This document shows positions 26,028 through 38,764 of a stretch of 64,000 nt of DNA, in pieces (the stretch's first letter is position 1; each line of letters starts with the position of its first letter). A program made the position numbers and the translations under genes. Origin of the DNA: Utricularia gibba (lineage: Eukaryota > Plantae > Magnoliophyta); NCBI GenBank assembly GCA_002189035.1, contig NEEC01000009.1:2666001-2730000 (forward strand), given 5' to 3'. The notes beneath the pieces are model-generated. The model did not search any database, had not been told where the DNA came from, and saw only the letters and a program-made list of their open reading frames with translations.

Positions 26028-28653
26028 TTACACTTGAACCTTAACCTTATCTGACATTCTCATGATATCAGAGTAGATTCTATCGCCCCCCATCTCCGTC
26101 CCTGATAATCCGGCCGCCACGCGCAGAATGTCCTCGATCAATGCAACATTACCCATAATGTCAACATGAGCACCACTTTCCGATCCTCGACCCTCCAGTA
26201 GATTTGCTGGTGCTTTATGCTTGTACTCCCTTATGTATGTGGCCATTCCAGAAGGATTGAAGCGTGTTCTCCCTCGCCACCCCTTGGCACACATGAAGCC
26301 AGCGCTTAGAACATTCACTGTCTCATCTCCATCGGAGAAGTATACACCGCCTTTCAAGCAGCCATTTGGGCTGCCATCAACAGAGCTGTCGATTTGCAGA
26401 GGTATGCCACGGCACCGGTTCGTTTGTGATAGCTTGTAGACATAGGCTCTCTCTGTTGGAATCCCAACTCCATATAAACAGTAGATTTCCATGTCGGGTG
26501 CATCAGGTAACCTATCAAGATATACATGTTGTCAACAACAATGATAGTGTGATCAAAAGAAACATGAATACTACTTACTTTGTCTCCAGTGGATTAGACC
26601 AGTATTTGTAGTGATCATATTTGGGATCATTCAGGTCATCAGCTAAACCGTGAGAGAAATGAGCCTCTGCCCTTTTCATCATCTTTGGAGCTACAGACCG
26701 GAGAAGATCAAACAATGATTCCACTGTGTAGGTTTTGTTTTCCAAAATTTTGAGGGGCGTCTCATGGCTCATCTCATCGTACTCAGTCCAAGTGTTTCCA
26801 CAGAATGATGATCCATTGCTTTTTAGAGAAGAAGCACGTTGCAGTAATGCCTCTTCCTGGATAGCAAGAGATCATCAAAATCTGTACATTTCTTAGGAAG
26901 AATCACGTCTCATTTACATGCATGTACCTTGAAACGCAAACTGGGGAGGTCCGAAGAATGCAGCTCTGATGCTAGTTTCCCAAAAGAGACTACTCTTCCG
27001 TACTTTGTAGCCTCTGGCATTTGAAAACTTTTCAAGCTGTCTGTTTTATTGGCCATTTTCGATGAATTGCAAACATGATACTCTTCTGGAGACGAATCCA
27101 TGTCACCCCAAATGGCCTCTCCACCTCTTGGCAAGAGGGAAACCACCGAGTCCCATGTTCTTATTACTCTCATTATGTGCTCCAACGTCTGAATGCCCAG
27201 CATTTCTGATCCTAATAGTCCAGGGGCCACTGATCTGCAAAAAGAAACCATTACAGAATCAAGAACACATCTACAACGCACAGTAGGAAGTCTCAGTGTG
27301 TGTCACTGGCTCATCTAAATAATGGAATCTACCACGAGTTAAAAGATTTTACCTTATGAAAGCAACATCTTTACTCTCAGCAGACAATATACTAGCCATA
27401 GCTTTGGGAACTCCAAGGAAGGCTGGTGCGATATTCACTACAGATTTGATGTACTTGGCACACCAGCCGGGGCCGCCGCCACCGCCCATTGGCGGTGGTG
27501 ACTCCACCCATTTCATGAAATGCAGAAAATAGTTAACCCCCATGGAATGTGGCACCACCACCACTTTCTTTTTGCCATTAGTGACATACATCAACTCGAT
27601 TCTGCTCTTCAATCTACTCAGGGTCTGATCTCTTATCTAGTCAGAGAATTGTGTAGATCACAGCAAGATCAATATCATATGATAAACACAGAGAATAGTC
27701 TGAAAATGACACAAGGGAAACACAATCTCCAATGTTTACTTTGATTCATCTATGCTGAGCAATGAGGATTCAAGTCAATATCCCACAACTGGCTTCTATA
27801 TTGAATACAGAATGCAAAGAAAAGTATGTGGATAGAACCTCTGTATTTTGAAAGGACAATCTCCAGTCATATGCAGCCATGTACATGTTCTTCCCTTCGT
27901 ACCCAATTCTAGCCAAATTCTCAATCAGAATTGCCCAAACGAAGTATCCCGGAGAGAAATAATCGGCTGCGACTAGCCCCGGAACAGCACGAACACGGAT
28001 TCCCGGTGGATCAAGCCCGGTTTCATTGTCCAGAGAGAGGTGCTCCAACCAGCACATTGGCCTAAAAAGGCAGAAAATTGAAGGAAGACCGAAGGGAAAA
28101 AAACAAAACAAAGAGGATGCACTGCTGAACAGAGAAAAGCTTTTGCTCTCACTACGTGAATGAAACAGTTGAACTGATGAAAATGTCAAGATGGTCTTGC
28201 AGTTTACCTTTTGAATATTTCAGTAAAACTACCACCCCAGAGGCGTTGGCGGAAGAGCCCATCGGCGCATTCACGGCCCTCCCAAAGCTCAAGCCCGCCG
28301 GTGACGGTGCCGGGGACTAATACCACGGGATGAAGCGCGGTGACACCCTGACGCCGCAGCCTTGACCCTGGAGTCTCCGGCGACTGTAACCCGGGCAAAT
28401 TTGGCGGCAGGCAGTGATATAGAATCAGAAGTAACCACCAAGTCGTGCATAAGAAACCGATCAGCCAGCAACAAGAATCTATGCATCTAAGGATTCGTTT
28501 CTGCGGTTTTCTTTTAGGCTTTTCCTCGAACACGTAATCTTCGTCACTTACATGACTTTTCCGGTCATTTCTCTTGTACTTTTCGGTCCTCTGCTCACCC
28601 TTGGCGGGCTGAAGGAAGTTGTGCTTTCTGAGGCGGGGAACCCATGAAACCAT
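26028..28653 (-). CDS. PDAT2: Phospholipid:diacylglycerol acyltransferase, PDAT2 type, 6 exons
   Basis: CIDSCCWLIG, HPVVLVPG, AYDWRLS, lipase-like VVPHSMG, YWSNPLETK|LPDAP, GDETV, HVDIMGN; G-box CCACGTGG near 28853 and TATA near 28808 upstream. Confidence 0.92.
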
Positions 28654-29508
28654 TACAAGAAACGAAAAGGGAAGAACAAAATCACGCCCTCCGTTCTTGC
28701 TATGAAATCATTCAAGATTGGAAAGCAAAATGACACCCACAAGGGGGAAATATAGCCGTGAAGACAACAAACACTCAAACCCAATTTCAAGGATCAATGG
28801 GAATACTTTATAGGGAAGTGGCAGATGTTAACGACGCCAGAGAACCTCAATACCACGTGGTGAAGGTGCGTGCAAACTAAGGTGACAATAAAAAGATCAG
28901 ATTTTTCTCTTACAGAGATTCTGGGTATAGCCTCCATTGTCGTTAACTTCGACGCATGCAACTAAATAGAGAGATCTCACATACCACATCTGACGCAGAA
29001 GATCAAGATGAGGTATTCTTGCTAGTTAATTACGACGTTGATAGGAAGGAAACGAAAACAAAGTTAAATATTCCTCTACGCAAAACTCCAAATTTTGAGA
29101 GCTTCGAGGCTTACTATTTGCGGCAAACACGTGTCGGAGGCGAAATGCCGGCGCGGCGCCCTCCTTCGCCGTAAGCTTGAATTTCTGTTAGCTTCGTGTG
29201 GATTACCATCGCAGCGTTTTGCTTCTCTAGAAACTCTACATCACTGAGCGATGTAGGCTTTATCTACACGAGGAGAAAGAAAATGGCGAAGTCGCTATTA
29301 TAGAAGACTCATGGCAGAAAACTCAAGAAAGGAAAGATCGCCGGTGAGTTCACGGCGGCGGATGGTAGGCCAAGCCAATATGGGCCCTCCTAGCAGGCTG
29401 TCTTTGATGAGCTGGTGGACATAATGGTTGTTGTAAGCTTGGCCCAATCCAATTGTTGTTAATTAAAAAGTAAAAAAATTAAACGAAAGAAATCATCAGG
29501 ACGGGGAC

Positions 29509-30671
29509 ATGTCGGAGGAGGAATCCGACGTCCCGCGGCGGAGACTCTCGTGCCACAAGTACTTTGATGCTCTATGGTTTTGCTACTGTAAGCCTCTAAT
29601 TCTTCCTGCGCTTCTGTTTCGTAAATCATTCTGCCACTGATACAGTTAGGGGCTCCTCTGGTTCTTGTTGTTGAAGCTTTCTTTTTTATTTCTCGATCTC
29701 GGGTTTGTGTGAACTGATAATCGTTTTGGAATCGTGAATGGTGAGGAGGAATAATCAGCATGTCACTATACGTTTCCTCACTGGCTTTTGGTAAACAAGA
29801 GATCTGTTACGGACGTGCACCCCAAGTGTTTGATAATATGCCAAATGAAATATTTTGCAAGCTAGAAGGTAATATGAATGCGCGTTTATTTTTTTTGGGT
29901 TTCAGCTCCTGTACACCAGATGCAGCAATACTATCGGGTTGGCGTCTTTGACACTTGTGGGGGGAAATGGAGTGATCTTATGGATTGTTTAACTCTTAAA
30001 ACCAAGAGAATTTCTGAAGTTGAGGTAGCCTCTGGGCCTTATGTTGTCGTCTATTTACATTCTCATCTGCTTCTGCTTGCATGTTGACCTTGGCGATGGT
30101 CATTACCATCTAGTATGTTAGATTAGTTGCCTTTTTTTCTGCACAGCTTAAAGGGCATAGTGTAACTGTGCTTAACATGCTGGTTATCTTTTGTAAATCT
30201 TGTGTTGGGTTGCAACTTGAGATATAATGAACTCAATGCAATTGTGAGATTGATATCTGTGAATCTTTCCTTTTCCTGATGGTTCAAACTTCTCTGGAAG
30301 TAAGAAAGAATGAAGCACACAACCCATCACTATGGGTGTATCATGTGTCAGAAATGCTTATGTCAAGTTTGCCTTTCTCTGGTTGGTCAACTGCTACCTT
30401 TTCTGTGATGTATCAGTTCTACGTCTGTGAGCACAAAACTCCACATTCTCCCTATTACTGTATAAGCTAGGACACCATACTCGGTTTCATGTTGCTGATC
30501 AACAGCTCTCACATATGAATTTCCTGGTGATGTAATGGAAAAAGTTACTGGTTTCAGGAAATTCTTGATGCCCGCGAGAAGTCTCAGCAGCACATATGGT
30601 CCTTTCGGAGCCCAAGAGAGTCAAAATCCCATTGGAATAGGCTCTTTGGACATCTTGATGAACAAGATTGA
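29509..30671 (+). CDS. Emi1/DUF3128-like small twin-CX9C protein, 103 aa; exons 29509-29587, 29906-30024, 30558-30671
   Basis: MSEEESDVPRRRLSCHKYFDALWFCYS|PVHQMQQYYRVGVFDTCGGKWSDLMDCLTLKTKRISEVE|EILDAREKSQQHIWSFRSPRESKSHWNRLFGHLDEQD*; phases 1 and 0 consistent; two CX9C motifs. Confidence 0.85.
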
Positions 30672-31094
30672 GATCATGCATTTAAAGGCACTGGTTTGAG
30701 CAGGAAGCAGCTGCCTGGAGATTCTTGAGCGAGCAAGACATTTTTCAGTAGATTCATATGGTAATTCACCAAGATTTGTTTTTTTGGGCAAATTCATTTC
30801 CCATCTATGTGCCCATGGCCTTCTTTAGAGATGCAACGATGCAAAATAATTTATCCTGGTGGGATTTTTTCAAGCAATTTGTTTTGATTCTAAGCCATTT
30901 TCATGGTTTCATTCGATGGAATCCGCGATTGTTGAGAATTAAAACACACGTGGGAATAACTGAACATGAAGTGAAAAGAATCCCTTGAAATCAAAAACTC
31001 TTGAAACCACAAGAATTGCAAATCCGCTAAGCTTAACTGGAATAGACAGGGATAAAGGAGTGATCTTTAACTGCAGTAAGGCTACTGTCCTGCT

Positions 31095-31952
31095 TAATCA
31101 AAGAGACTGAATCCCATGTCCTGCAACGACCACAAAACAGCAACAGGCGAAGATCAGCATGCATTACTCAGATTATAATCAAACAACGTGAAAAATAAGT
31201 TGCTAAATGGTTCCAGGAACTCACATCATCGGATTCTTCCTTTTCTTCGACCTTCTCTTCTTTCTTCGTCTCAGCAGCAGCCGGAGCAGCAGCCCCACTA
31301 CCAGCACCAACAGGCGCAGCCACGGCAACTGCACCACCACCTCCACCAGCAGGGACAGAAGCCAACTTTTCTCGGCCAGCGGCAATCAGTTCAGTTATAT
31401 CCTTTCCCTCAACTTGGGACAACAATAACTCAATTTTATCATCATCAGCTTCAGCGCCAACTGCATGAACAGAAAATGATGAATCCAATAATTACTTGAG
31501 TTGAGCAGGAGCAACTGCGCCATGCGAATTAGGTGAAATACACAACAATCTAGCCATCAAGACAAATCAATGAGAGGATAAAAACAAGAAGCACATCATG
31601 ATTCTCATTGAAGGATTGACACAAGCTGCACACAAGGAAGCATAAAGCGGCACACTTTCGAACATTTTGCTTGTAGACCCAAGAAACTGATTCAAACAGC
31701 GTACGTAACAAGAAATCCGCAAAGGAAAGCATGATTCCAGCAGTACAACTACAAATTCCGAAATAAAAAAAAAAAAAGGAAACGCTCTACCACAGCGAAT
31801 AGATTCACCAGCAGCACCCACAATCATCCATTTCCCAAAACGAACACAGAAACGTATCACAAACCTGACGCCAATATATCCCTCACGTTCTCAGCAGACG
31901 GAGAGGTGTTGCCACCCAGAACCGCCAACAAATACGCCGCAACAACCTTCAT
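31095..31952 (-). CDS. RPP2: 60S acidic ribosomal protein P2; exons 31952-31865, 31460-31225, 31121-31095
   Basis: [29 protein letters not shown]|VGAE...EEKEESDD|DMGFSLFD*. Confidence 0.97.
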
Positions 31953-32142
31953 TCTAAACAAAATAACCAAAACTCAACGAACATTGAACCGGAACACTAC
32001 AATCAATGATCGCAAAAAAAAAACCTCAAAATCAAGAACCTGAACTGCGTACGAGAACAATAGATTACTCGAGAATTCTCAAGGAAACCGTGAACAGCAA
32101 GCAGCGGCCGGCGGAGGTCGCGATCGGAGTTAAAATTTCAGG

Positions 32143-32236
32143 CTTTATAGTTAGGGTTTGAAGCCGCTCTCGTTATTTGGGCCGACGCTGGGCATTCTCA
32201 TCGAGTTTTATTTCGGATTCCAACCCCCGAGGCCCA
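32143..32236 (-). promoter_or_regulatory. RPP2 core promoter: TATA, telo-box (AAACCCTAA) and two site II motifs
   Basis: CTATAAAG (rc 32143-32150), TTAGGGTTT 32151-32159, TGGGCC 32178-32183, GGCCCA 32231-32236; this combination is typical of plant ribosomal protein genes. Confidence 0.7.
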
Positions 32237-33385
32237 ATTTCTTACCCGAACCGTGAAATACTAAATAAATAATAAATAAATAAAATATGTTTATTCCCTA
32301 AACATTACGTTAAATATTTTAAATTTAATAAATGAGAATAATCCAAAATACAAGTAATTTTTGTTTCAAAAGAATTAAAAAATCCAAAAACGATTGTTAT
32401 TTTTAATACCCATCATAAAAAAAAACATTTTTTGAAAAATTATATCAAACAAATGGAATGAAAGTAGTACTATCCAAAAGGGCATAAATGCCATTTCACA
32501 TTCCCAAGGGAGAGTCAACTGCCCAACGGAATAAGATCGGCGAGGTGCATGAATGCATTCACAGCCTATTGGAAAGAGTAAATTTAGGGTTAGTGGCCTA
32601 CTGGCCTAGGAGAAAGTGTGCGGTCGTGGCATGGCATCAATCACAATGTTCGCTACGCTACAACGCTTTTGTACACCATAGCCCTGTTACTTAATTGCGT
32701 TTTCCTAATTAATTTATCCAAATCGTAACACTACTAACCACAATCCTATAAAATATAATTGATTACATGGAATCATCCCCATCTTATGCAGCACCGTACT
32801 GTAACATTTTTGAAACGGAAAAAATTGCACGAATAGTTTTTATTATTTATCTAAGTGATATAATTGATTTAGAAATAGTATTTTAAATCATATTATTTTA
32901 AAACCGTTTATAATTGATCCCGATTGGTTGAAAATCGGGTAAAAATGAAAACAATTGGAAACAATTATTAGAGATATAATTAATAATGTAGAAATAGTTT
33001 TGCACAACGCCCATGAGGCTAGTAAAATTATATAAAAAAATAGTTTCAATATTTTTTGGGAACACTCTAGTTCTCAAATGTAAAAATATATTACATTTCT
33101 TATATAAATTATTTAATTGCATTATGTGTGTTGACTATAGTAAGTTTTTTAAATATTTAATTATATATTTATTTTTATGTTTTAATTGGGTTCAATAATT
33201 TTAATCTTGGTACTCTACTACTTAAATATTGGACCAAAACCCAACCACATAATTCCTTGGGGTTTTTGTGCCCACTCCTACTTGCCCTATGAATAGCGCC
33301 AGAAGCACACATTCCCTCTTCCTTCGTTCTTGTCCTTTCATGTTTTTTTTTTTTTTTTTTTTTTTTTTGCCGTAAATCTCTCTCC

Positions 33386-34447
33386 ATGGAGCTCAGACAG
33401 GCGGCAGCTGCGAAGGTGGGTGTCTGCACCCGTGTCCGATACTTGATGCTGCTTCTTGTAGTCGCAGCCATCACCGTCTTCCAGTTGGATCTCCTTCGTG
33501 ATTATCCAGAGCGCACCCTTTTCGATTACGCGGCTGTGGACGTCGACGAGCCGAGGTTGAGGATGGAAATCATCGAGTTGATCGGAAGGAAGGCGTTTGG
33601 AAGGGAGTTGGGCGGCAAGTGGCGGCCCTCTGAGGATTCCATTGTGAGCTTCCGGAGTTATCTGACTGACTGGGCGGAAAGGAAGAGGTTCGAACCAGGC
33701 GTTATGATGGAGGAGACGGCGGCTCTGTTCTTCCACGGAAGGCATTCCACTGTGCTGACGAATCGCACGGCCAGGTTCCGAAGCTGCGCCGTCGTGGGAA
33801 ACAGTGGAATCCTCTTAAAGCATTATCACGGCAGCTTCATCGACGCCCACGAAATCGTGATACGCCTGAATTACGCCCCGACCCGGCGGTTCGAACGCCA
33901 CGTCGGATCGAAGACGAGCGTCTCCTTCATCAACAGCAACGTCCACCACTACTGCTGTGCCTTCCGATCCATTCCTTACTGCAAGCGAAACTTCCAGGAC
34001 GCCGCCACCGTCATGTACATGTGCCAGCCGATCCATTTCTTCGACTACCTCCGCTGCAATTCCACAGAGCACCCGCTTCTCATCACGGACCCAAGATTCG
34101 ACACGCTCTGCGCCCGCATCGCCAAGTACTATTCCCTGAAGCGGTTCGCGGCTGAGATGGGAGGGGATCTGGCGGAATGGGAGGAGACCCATGGCGGCGC
34201 CGAGTTCCATTACTCGTCGGGGATGCAGGCGGTGATGCTGGCAGTCGCGATCTGCGAGAAGGTGAGTGTGTTTGGGTTCGGGAAGGCCACGAACGCGCCG
34301 CACCATTACCATGATCGGCAGAAATCGGAGCTCGCCCTTCATGACTTCCGGGCTGAGCATGATCTGTACGAAGATTTGAAGGAGAGGCCATGGAAGGTAC
34401 CCTTCATTTCTCCCGACTTCCAATTTCCTTTATTTGAAATTTATTAG
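33386..34447 (+). CDS. GALT29A: GT29 sialyltransferase-like / beta-1,6-galactosyltransferase GALT29A-like, copy 1, intronless, 353 aa
   Basis: N-terminal TM, sialylmotif L RSCAVVGNSGILL...IDAHEIVIRLN, YSSGMQAVMLA, HHYH...ELALHD. Confidence 0.9.
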   Translation: MELRQAAAAKVGVCTRVRYLMLLLVVAAITVFQLDLLRDYPERTLFDYAAVDVDEPRLRMEIIELIGRKAFGRELGGKWRPSEDSIVSFRSYLTDWAERKRFEPGVMMEETAALFFHGRHSTVLTNRTARFRSCAVVGNSGILLKHYHGSFIDAHEIVIRLNYAPTRRFERHVGSKTSVSFINSNVHHYCCAFRSIPYCKRNFQDAATVMYMCQPIHFFDYLRCNSTEHPLLITDPRFDTLCARIAKYYSLKRFAAEMGGDLAEWEETHGGAEFHYSSGMQAVMLAVAICEKVSVFGFGKATNAPHHYHDRQKSELALHDFRAEHDLYEDLKERPWKVPFISPDFQFPLFEIY

Positions 34448-36300
34448 TTTTTTCAAAATCAATTTTAATTCGGGAATTATTGTAAATAAAAAAAATATAA
34501 AAAATGTCTTGATTATTTTTTTCCAATTCAAAATGTGATTTTCTTAATATTATAATCAATTAAAATACAAACGCCACCAAAACATAACATTCGAAAAAGC
34601 GTGGACGCGGACACGGACACGGACTCGAGCTCGGGCACTTGGTTTCGTAGTTTCCGAAAGCGTTTAATCCTCATTAAAAAAAGGTAATTCCCGTCAAATC
34701 ACATTGATTAGCACAAAAGACGCGTTAATCCTGGCTAATTTTTTATTCGCCAATATTCAATTTTATGATATTAAAAAAAAGAAACCCAATTTTCCAGGCC
34801 CAATTATGAGCGGCGAAGACTTTCTATTTTTTAATTAATTATTATTTCAGTCTATGGCAATTTAGTATCTGAGCCTGTAACTTGCGCTATTTTGACTTGA
34901 AATTTTAGTTCACGTTTTCTATTTATTATAACCATTCTTTTTATATGCTTATGAACACAACTTTATGGTTTTATGTTATCCTTTTTTTGGGAAAAATTAT
35001 CATACAAGATTAAGAGTGTATTGTTATTTAATCACATCTTATTCCCCATCCATAATCAATGTGATATATTTAGGATATATCTTAACAAGTTGATGTTCTT
35101 AAACTTCCCCCCCCCCCCTTAATTTGTTAGTAATTATAAATAAAATGTTATACTCTTAAAATGAGAATTTCTGATCCCGCTATTTCTATTTTTCTAAAAA
35201 GTCTATTAGAATTGAATGATTCAACGTGATTCATTCATAACGACCTTCGAAACATTATACCGTATGAAACATGAATCATTATAATTTGAAAAATATCATG
35301 TTAGAAACCAATTGTATCAACGTGATGAATGAACTTCAAAACAGTATAAGGTGGTCAGCGTGAATCTTCGCATCCATCGTGGTAGACGACATTTATATTA
35401 CATATTTTTAGTAAAATATTCAAATTTTATTTTATTTAAATAATTTAATTTTGAATTTCGACGGTATGAATCATAGACCTGAGAGGGGCTGAGAGTTCCG
35501 AAGGAAAGATGTAAATTTAGGGTTAGTGGCGTAGCCGAGAGGGTACGGTCGTGGCATGGCATCAATCACAATGTTCGCTAGGCTACAACGCTTTTGTACA
35601 CCATAGCCCTGTTACTTAATTGCTTTTTCCCAATTAATTTATCCAAATCGGGACACTACTAACCACAATCCTATAAGAAAAAAATAAAATAAAACACTGG
35701 GTACATCGATTACATGGAATCATCCCCATCTTATGCAGGAGCATACTGTAACATTTTTGAAACGGAAAAATTTCTATTATTTGTATAAATAGTATAATTG
35801 ATCTAGAAATAGTATTTTAAATCATATTATTTAATAACCATTTATAATTGATCAAAAAATTGTTTGAAAATCGGGTAAAAATGAAAAAATTGGGACCAAT
35901 TATTAGAGATATACTTAACAATGTAGAAATAGTTTTGCAAAACGCCCATGATTATAATTTAAATTCAACATTTTTTACAACACTCGTCTAGTTCTCAATT
36001 GTGAAATATTGTGAAAATGTATTGTATTTGTTTTATAAATTATTAAATTGCATAATATGAGTTGACTATAGTATGTTTTTTGAATGTTTAACTATATTTT
36101 TTAATTTTAATTTTTAATTGGATTCAATAATATTAATCTTGGTACTCTACTAGAGCAAAACCCAACCACATAATTCCTTGGGGTTTTTTTGCCCTCTCCT
36201 ACTCGCCCTATGAATAGCGCCCCAGAAGCACACATTCCCTCTTCCTCCATTCTTGTCCTTTCATGTTTTTTTTTTTCTTTTTTGCCGGAAATCTCTTTCC

Positions 36301-37361
36301 ATGGAGCTCAGACAGGCGGCAGCTGCGAAGGCGGGTGTCTGCACCCGTGTCCGATACTTGATTCTGCTTCTTGTGGTCGCAGCCATCACCGTCTTCCAGT
36401 TGGATCTCCTTCGTGATTATTCAGAGCGCACCCTTCTCGATAACGCGGCTGTGGACATCGACGAGGCGAGGTTGAGGATGGAAGTCATTGAATTGATCGG
36501 AAGGAAGGAGTTTGGAGGGGAGTTGGGCGGCAAGTGGAGGCCCTCTGAGGATTCCATTGTGAGCTTCCGGAGTTATCTGACCGACTGGGCCGAAAGGAAG
36601 AGGTTCGAACCAGGCGTTATGAAGGAGGAGACGGCGGCTCTGTTCTTCCACGGAAGGCATTCCACTGTGCTGACGAATCGCACGGCCAGGTTCCGAAGCT
36701 GCGCCGTCGTGGGGAACAGTGGAATCCTCTTAAAGCATTATCACGGCAGCTTCATCGACGCCCACGAAATCGTGATACGCCTGAATTACGCCCCGACCCG
36801 GCGGTTCGAACGCCACGTCGGATCGAAGACGAGCATCTCCTTCATCAACAGCCACCACCACCACTACTGCTGCGCCTTCCGATCCATTCCTTACTGCAAG
36901 CGAAACTTCCAGGACGCCGCCACCGTCATGTACATGTGCCAGCCGATCCATTTCTTCGACTACCTCCGCTGCAATTCCACAGAGCACCCGCTTCTCATCA
37001 CGGACCCGAGATTCGACACGCTCTGCGCCCGCATCGCCAAGTACTATTCCCTGAAGCGGTTCGCGGCTGAGATGGGAGGGGATCTGGCGGAATGGGAGGA
37101 GACCCATGGCGGCGCCGAGTTCCATTACTCGTCGGGATGCAGGCGGTGATGCTGGCAGTCGCGATCTGCGAGAAGGTGAGTGTGTTTGGGTTCGGGAAGG
37201 CCACGAACGCGCCGCACCATTACCATGATCGGCAGAAATCGGAGCTCGCCCTTCATGACTTCCGGGCTGAGTATGATCTGTACGAAGATTTGAAGGAGAG
37301 GCCATGGAAGGTACCCTTCATTTCTCCCGACTTCCAATTTCCTTTATTTGAGATTTATTAG
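36301..37361 (+). CDS. GALT29A: GALT29A-like copy 2; one G missing at 37134-37136 (copy 1 has GGGG at 34219-34222), probably an assembly error
   Basis: Near-identical to copy 1; frame breaks at YSSG and resumes MQAVMLA in another frame; no other lesions seen. Confidence 0.8.
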
Positions 37362-37509
37362 GGTGTGGTAACTGTGATTTAGTTTGACTTAAATTAAAAG
37401 TAAAAATAAGTATTTTATATAATAAATCTATTTGTTCTAAAACTTAATTTCTAATTCTACAATAAATTCTACTTATCAAGTTGTTGATTAAATCACATAG
37501 ATTACACTT
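37361..37509. mobile_element. 149 bp Tourist/PIF-Harbinger-like MITE with TTA target-site duplication
   Basis: Absent from copy 1; flanked by TTA (37358-37360 and 37510-37512); imperfect TIR GGGTGTGGTAACTGTGATTTA vs rc AAGTGTAATCTATGTGATTTA (14/21); AT-rich interior. Confidence 0.65.
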
Positions 37510-38764
37510 TTAGTTTTTTCAAAATTAATTTTAATTCGGAGATTATTGTAAATATAAAAAATGTCTTAAATATTTATTTTCCAAAAACCCTTCAAAATGT
37601 GATTTTCTTAATATTATAATCAATTAAAATACAATAACCACCAAAACATAACATTCAAAAAAGCGTGGACACGGACTTGGGCGCTTGGTTTCATAGTTTC
37701 CGAAAGCGTTTAATCCTCATTAAAAAAGCTAATTCCCGTCGAATCGCAATTATTAGCACAAAAGATGCATTAATCCATGACTAATTTTTTAATAATCAAT
37801 ATTCAATTTTTTAACATTAAAAAAGCAACTCAATTTTCCAGTCACGATTATGAGCGGCGAAGACTTTGTATTTTTTAATTAATTATTAAACCACTCTATG
37901 GCAATTTAGTATCTGAACCTGTAACATGCGCTATTTTGACTTGAAATTTTAGTCCACATTTTCTATTCATTATTTCTTATTAATTTATATATTTTATACT
38001 AATTTGATTTTTTAAGAAATAAATTGTATTTTATAGAGTTTTAGAACATTTTTCCATCAATTTAATGAAAAATCAAAACTCCAAAATTTATGAGTTTACT
38101 AGTACACTAATCTGAGACCGAGTGCCCAAATAATTTATATTCTATATTTTTAGTAAAATACTCATATTTCATTTTGTTTAATTTAATTTTGAATTTCCAC
38201 GGTGTGAATCATAGACCTGAGAGGGAGGTGAGATGTCGGAAGGAAAGATGTAAGAAGGGAAGCAGCACGCTTGGTTCTGTGTAATAACCGGCGGTTAAAT
38301 TTCGAATGTCCGCCAGGTAAATCCAAAGATTCTTCTTTAATCAGAACGGTAAAGGTGCGACGACGGTGAAGTGACTGTAAATCGGTAAAATTTAACACAC
38401 ACGAAGCTTTTTCTGAGTTAGTACTCGGAGATGGAACAAAAGACTGCCGGCACTTTCCGTCCGTCGTCTCCTTTAACCTGGGCATCTCTGGGTTTTCTAT
38501 TCCGAGGTAGACACGCACCCAACACATTTTTCAACATCAGACTGCCTCTTTTTTGGTTCCCCCACAAAAAAGATTCGATTTTTTTGAGTCGTGAGACCAT
38601 AGGAGTAGTGTAAGTCTTGTTAGGCCAGGATGTTATCACTAATTCTGCTGATTTCATGTGTGTTTTTTGGATGTTCAATGAAACTAGAAAAAACGTTTGA
38701 TAAAGATGAAGACTACTCCCAAGCAAGGAAAGTGGAATGATCATTTTGATGCGGATTACAGGGT

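Larger units (their letters stand above)
32571..38253 (+). repeat. Tandem segmental duplication carrying the GT29 gene: unit 1 about 32571-35502, unit 2 about 35503-38253
   Basis: Colinear promoter, CDS and 3' flank; boundaries share the microhomology GGAAAGA(T)GTAA at 32571, 35503 and 38242. Confidence 0.9.

Noticed and set aside
29236-29256. Hairpin CTACATC-loop-GATGTAG and pyrimidine-rich minus-strand tract 29160-29345 as an ncRNA
   Set aside because: Only a 7-bp stem; no C/D, H/ACA, USE or miRNA match recognised.
33338-37337. Multiple minus-strand ORFs over the GT29 genes
   Set aside because: Antisense shadows; they break at the same frameshift as copy 2.
36301-37361. GALT29A copy 2 as a pseudogene
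   Set aside because: Only lesion is one G in a G run, matching the window-wide error pattern; kept as probable CDS.
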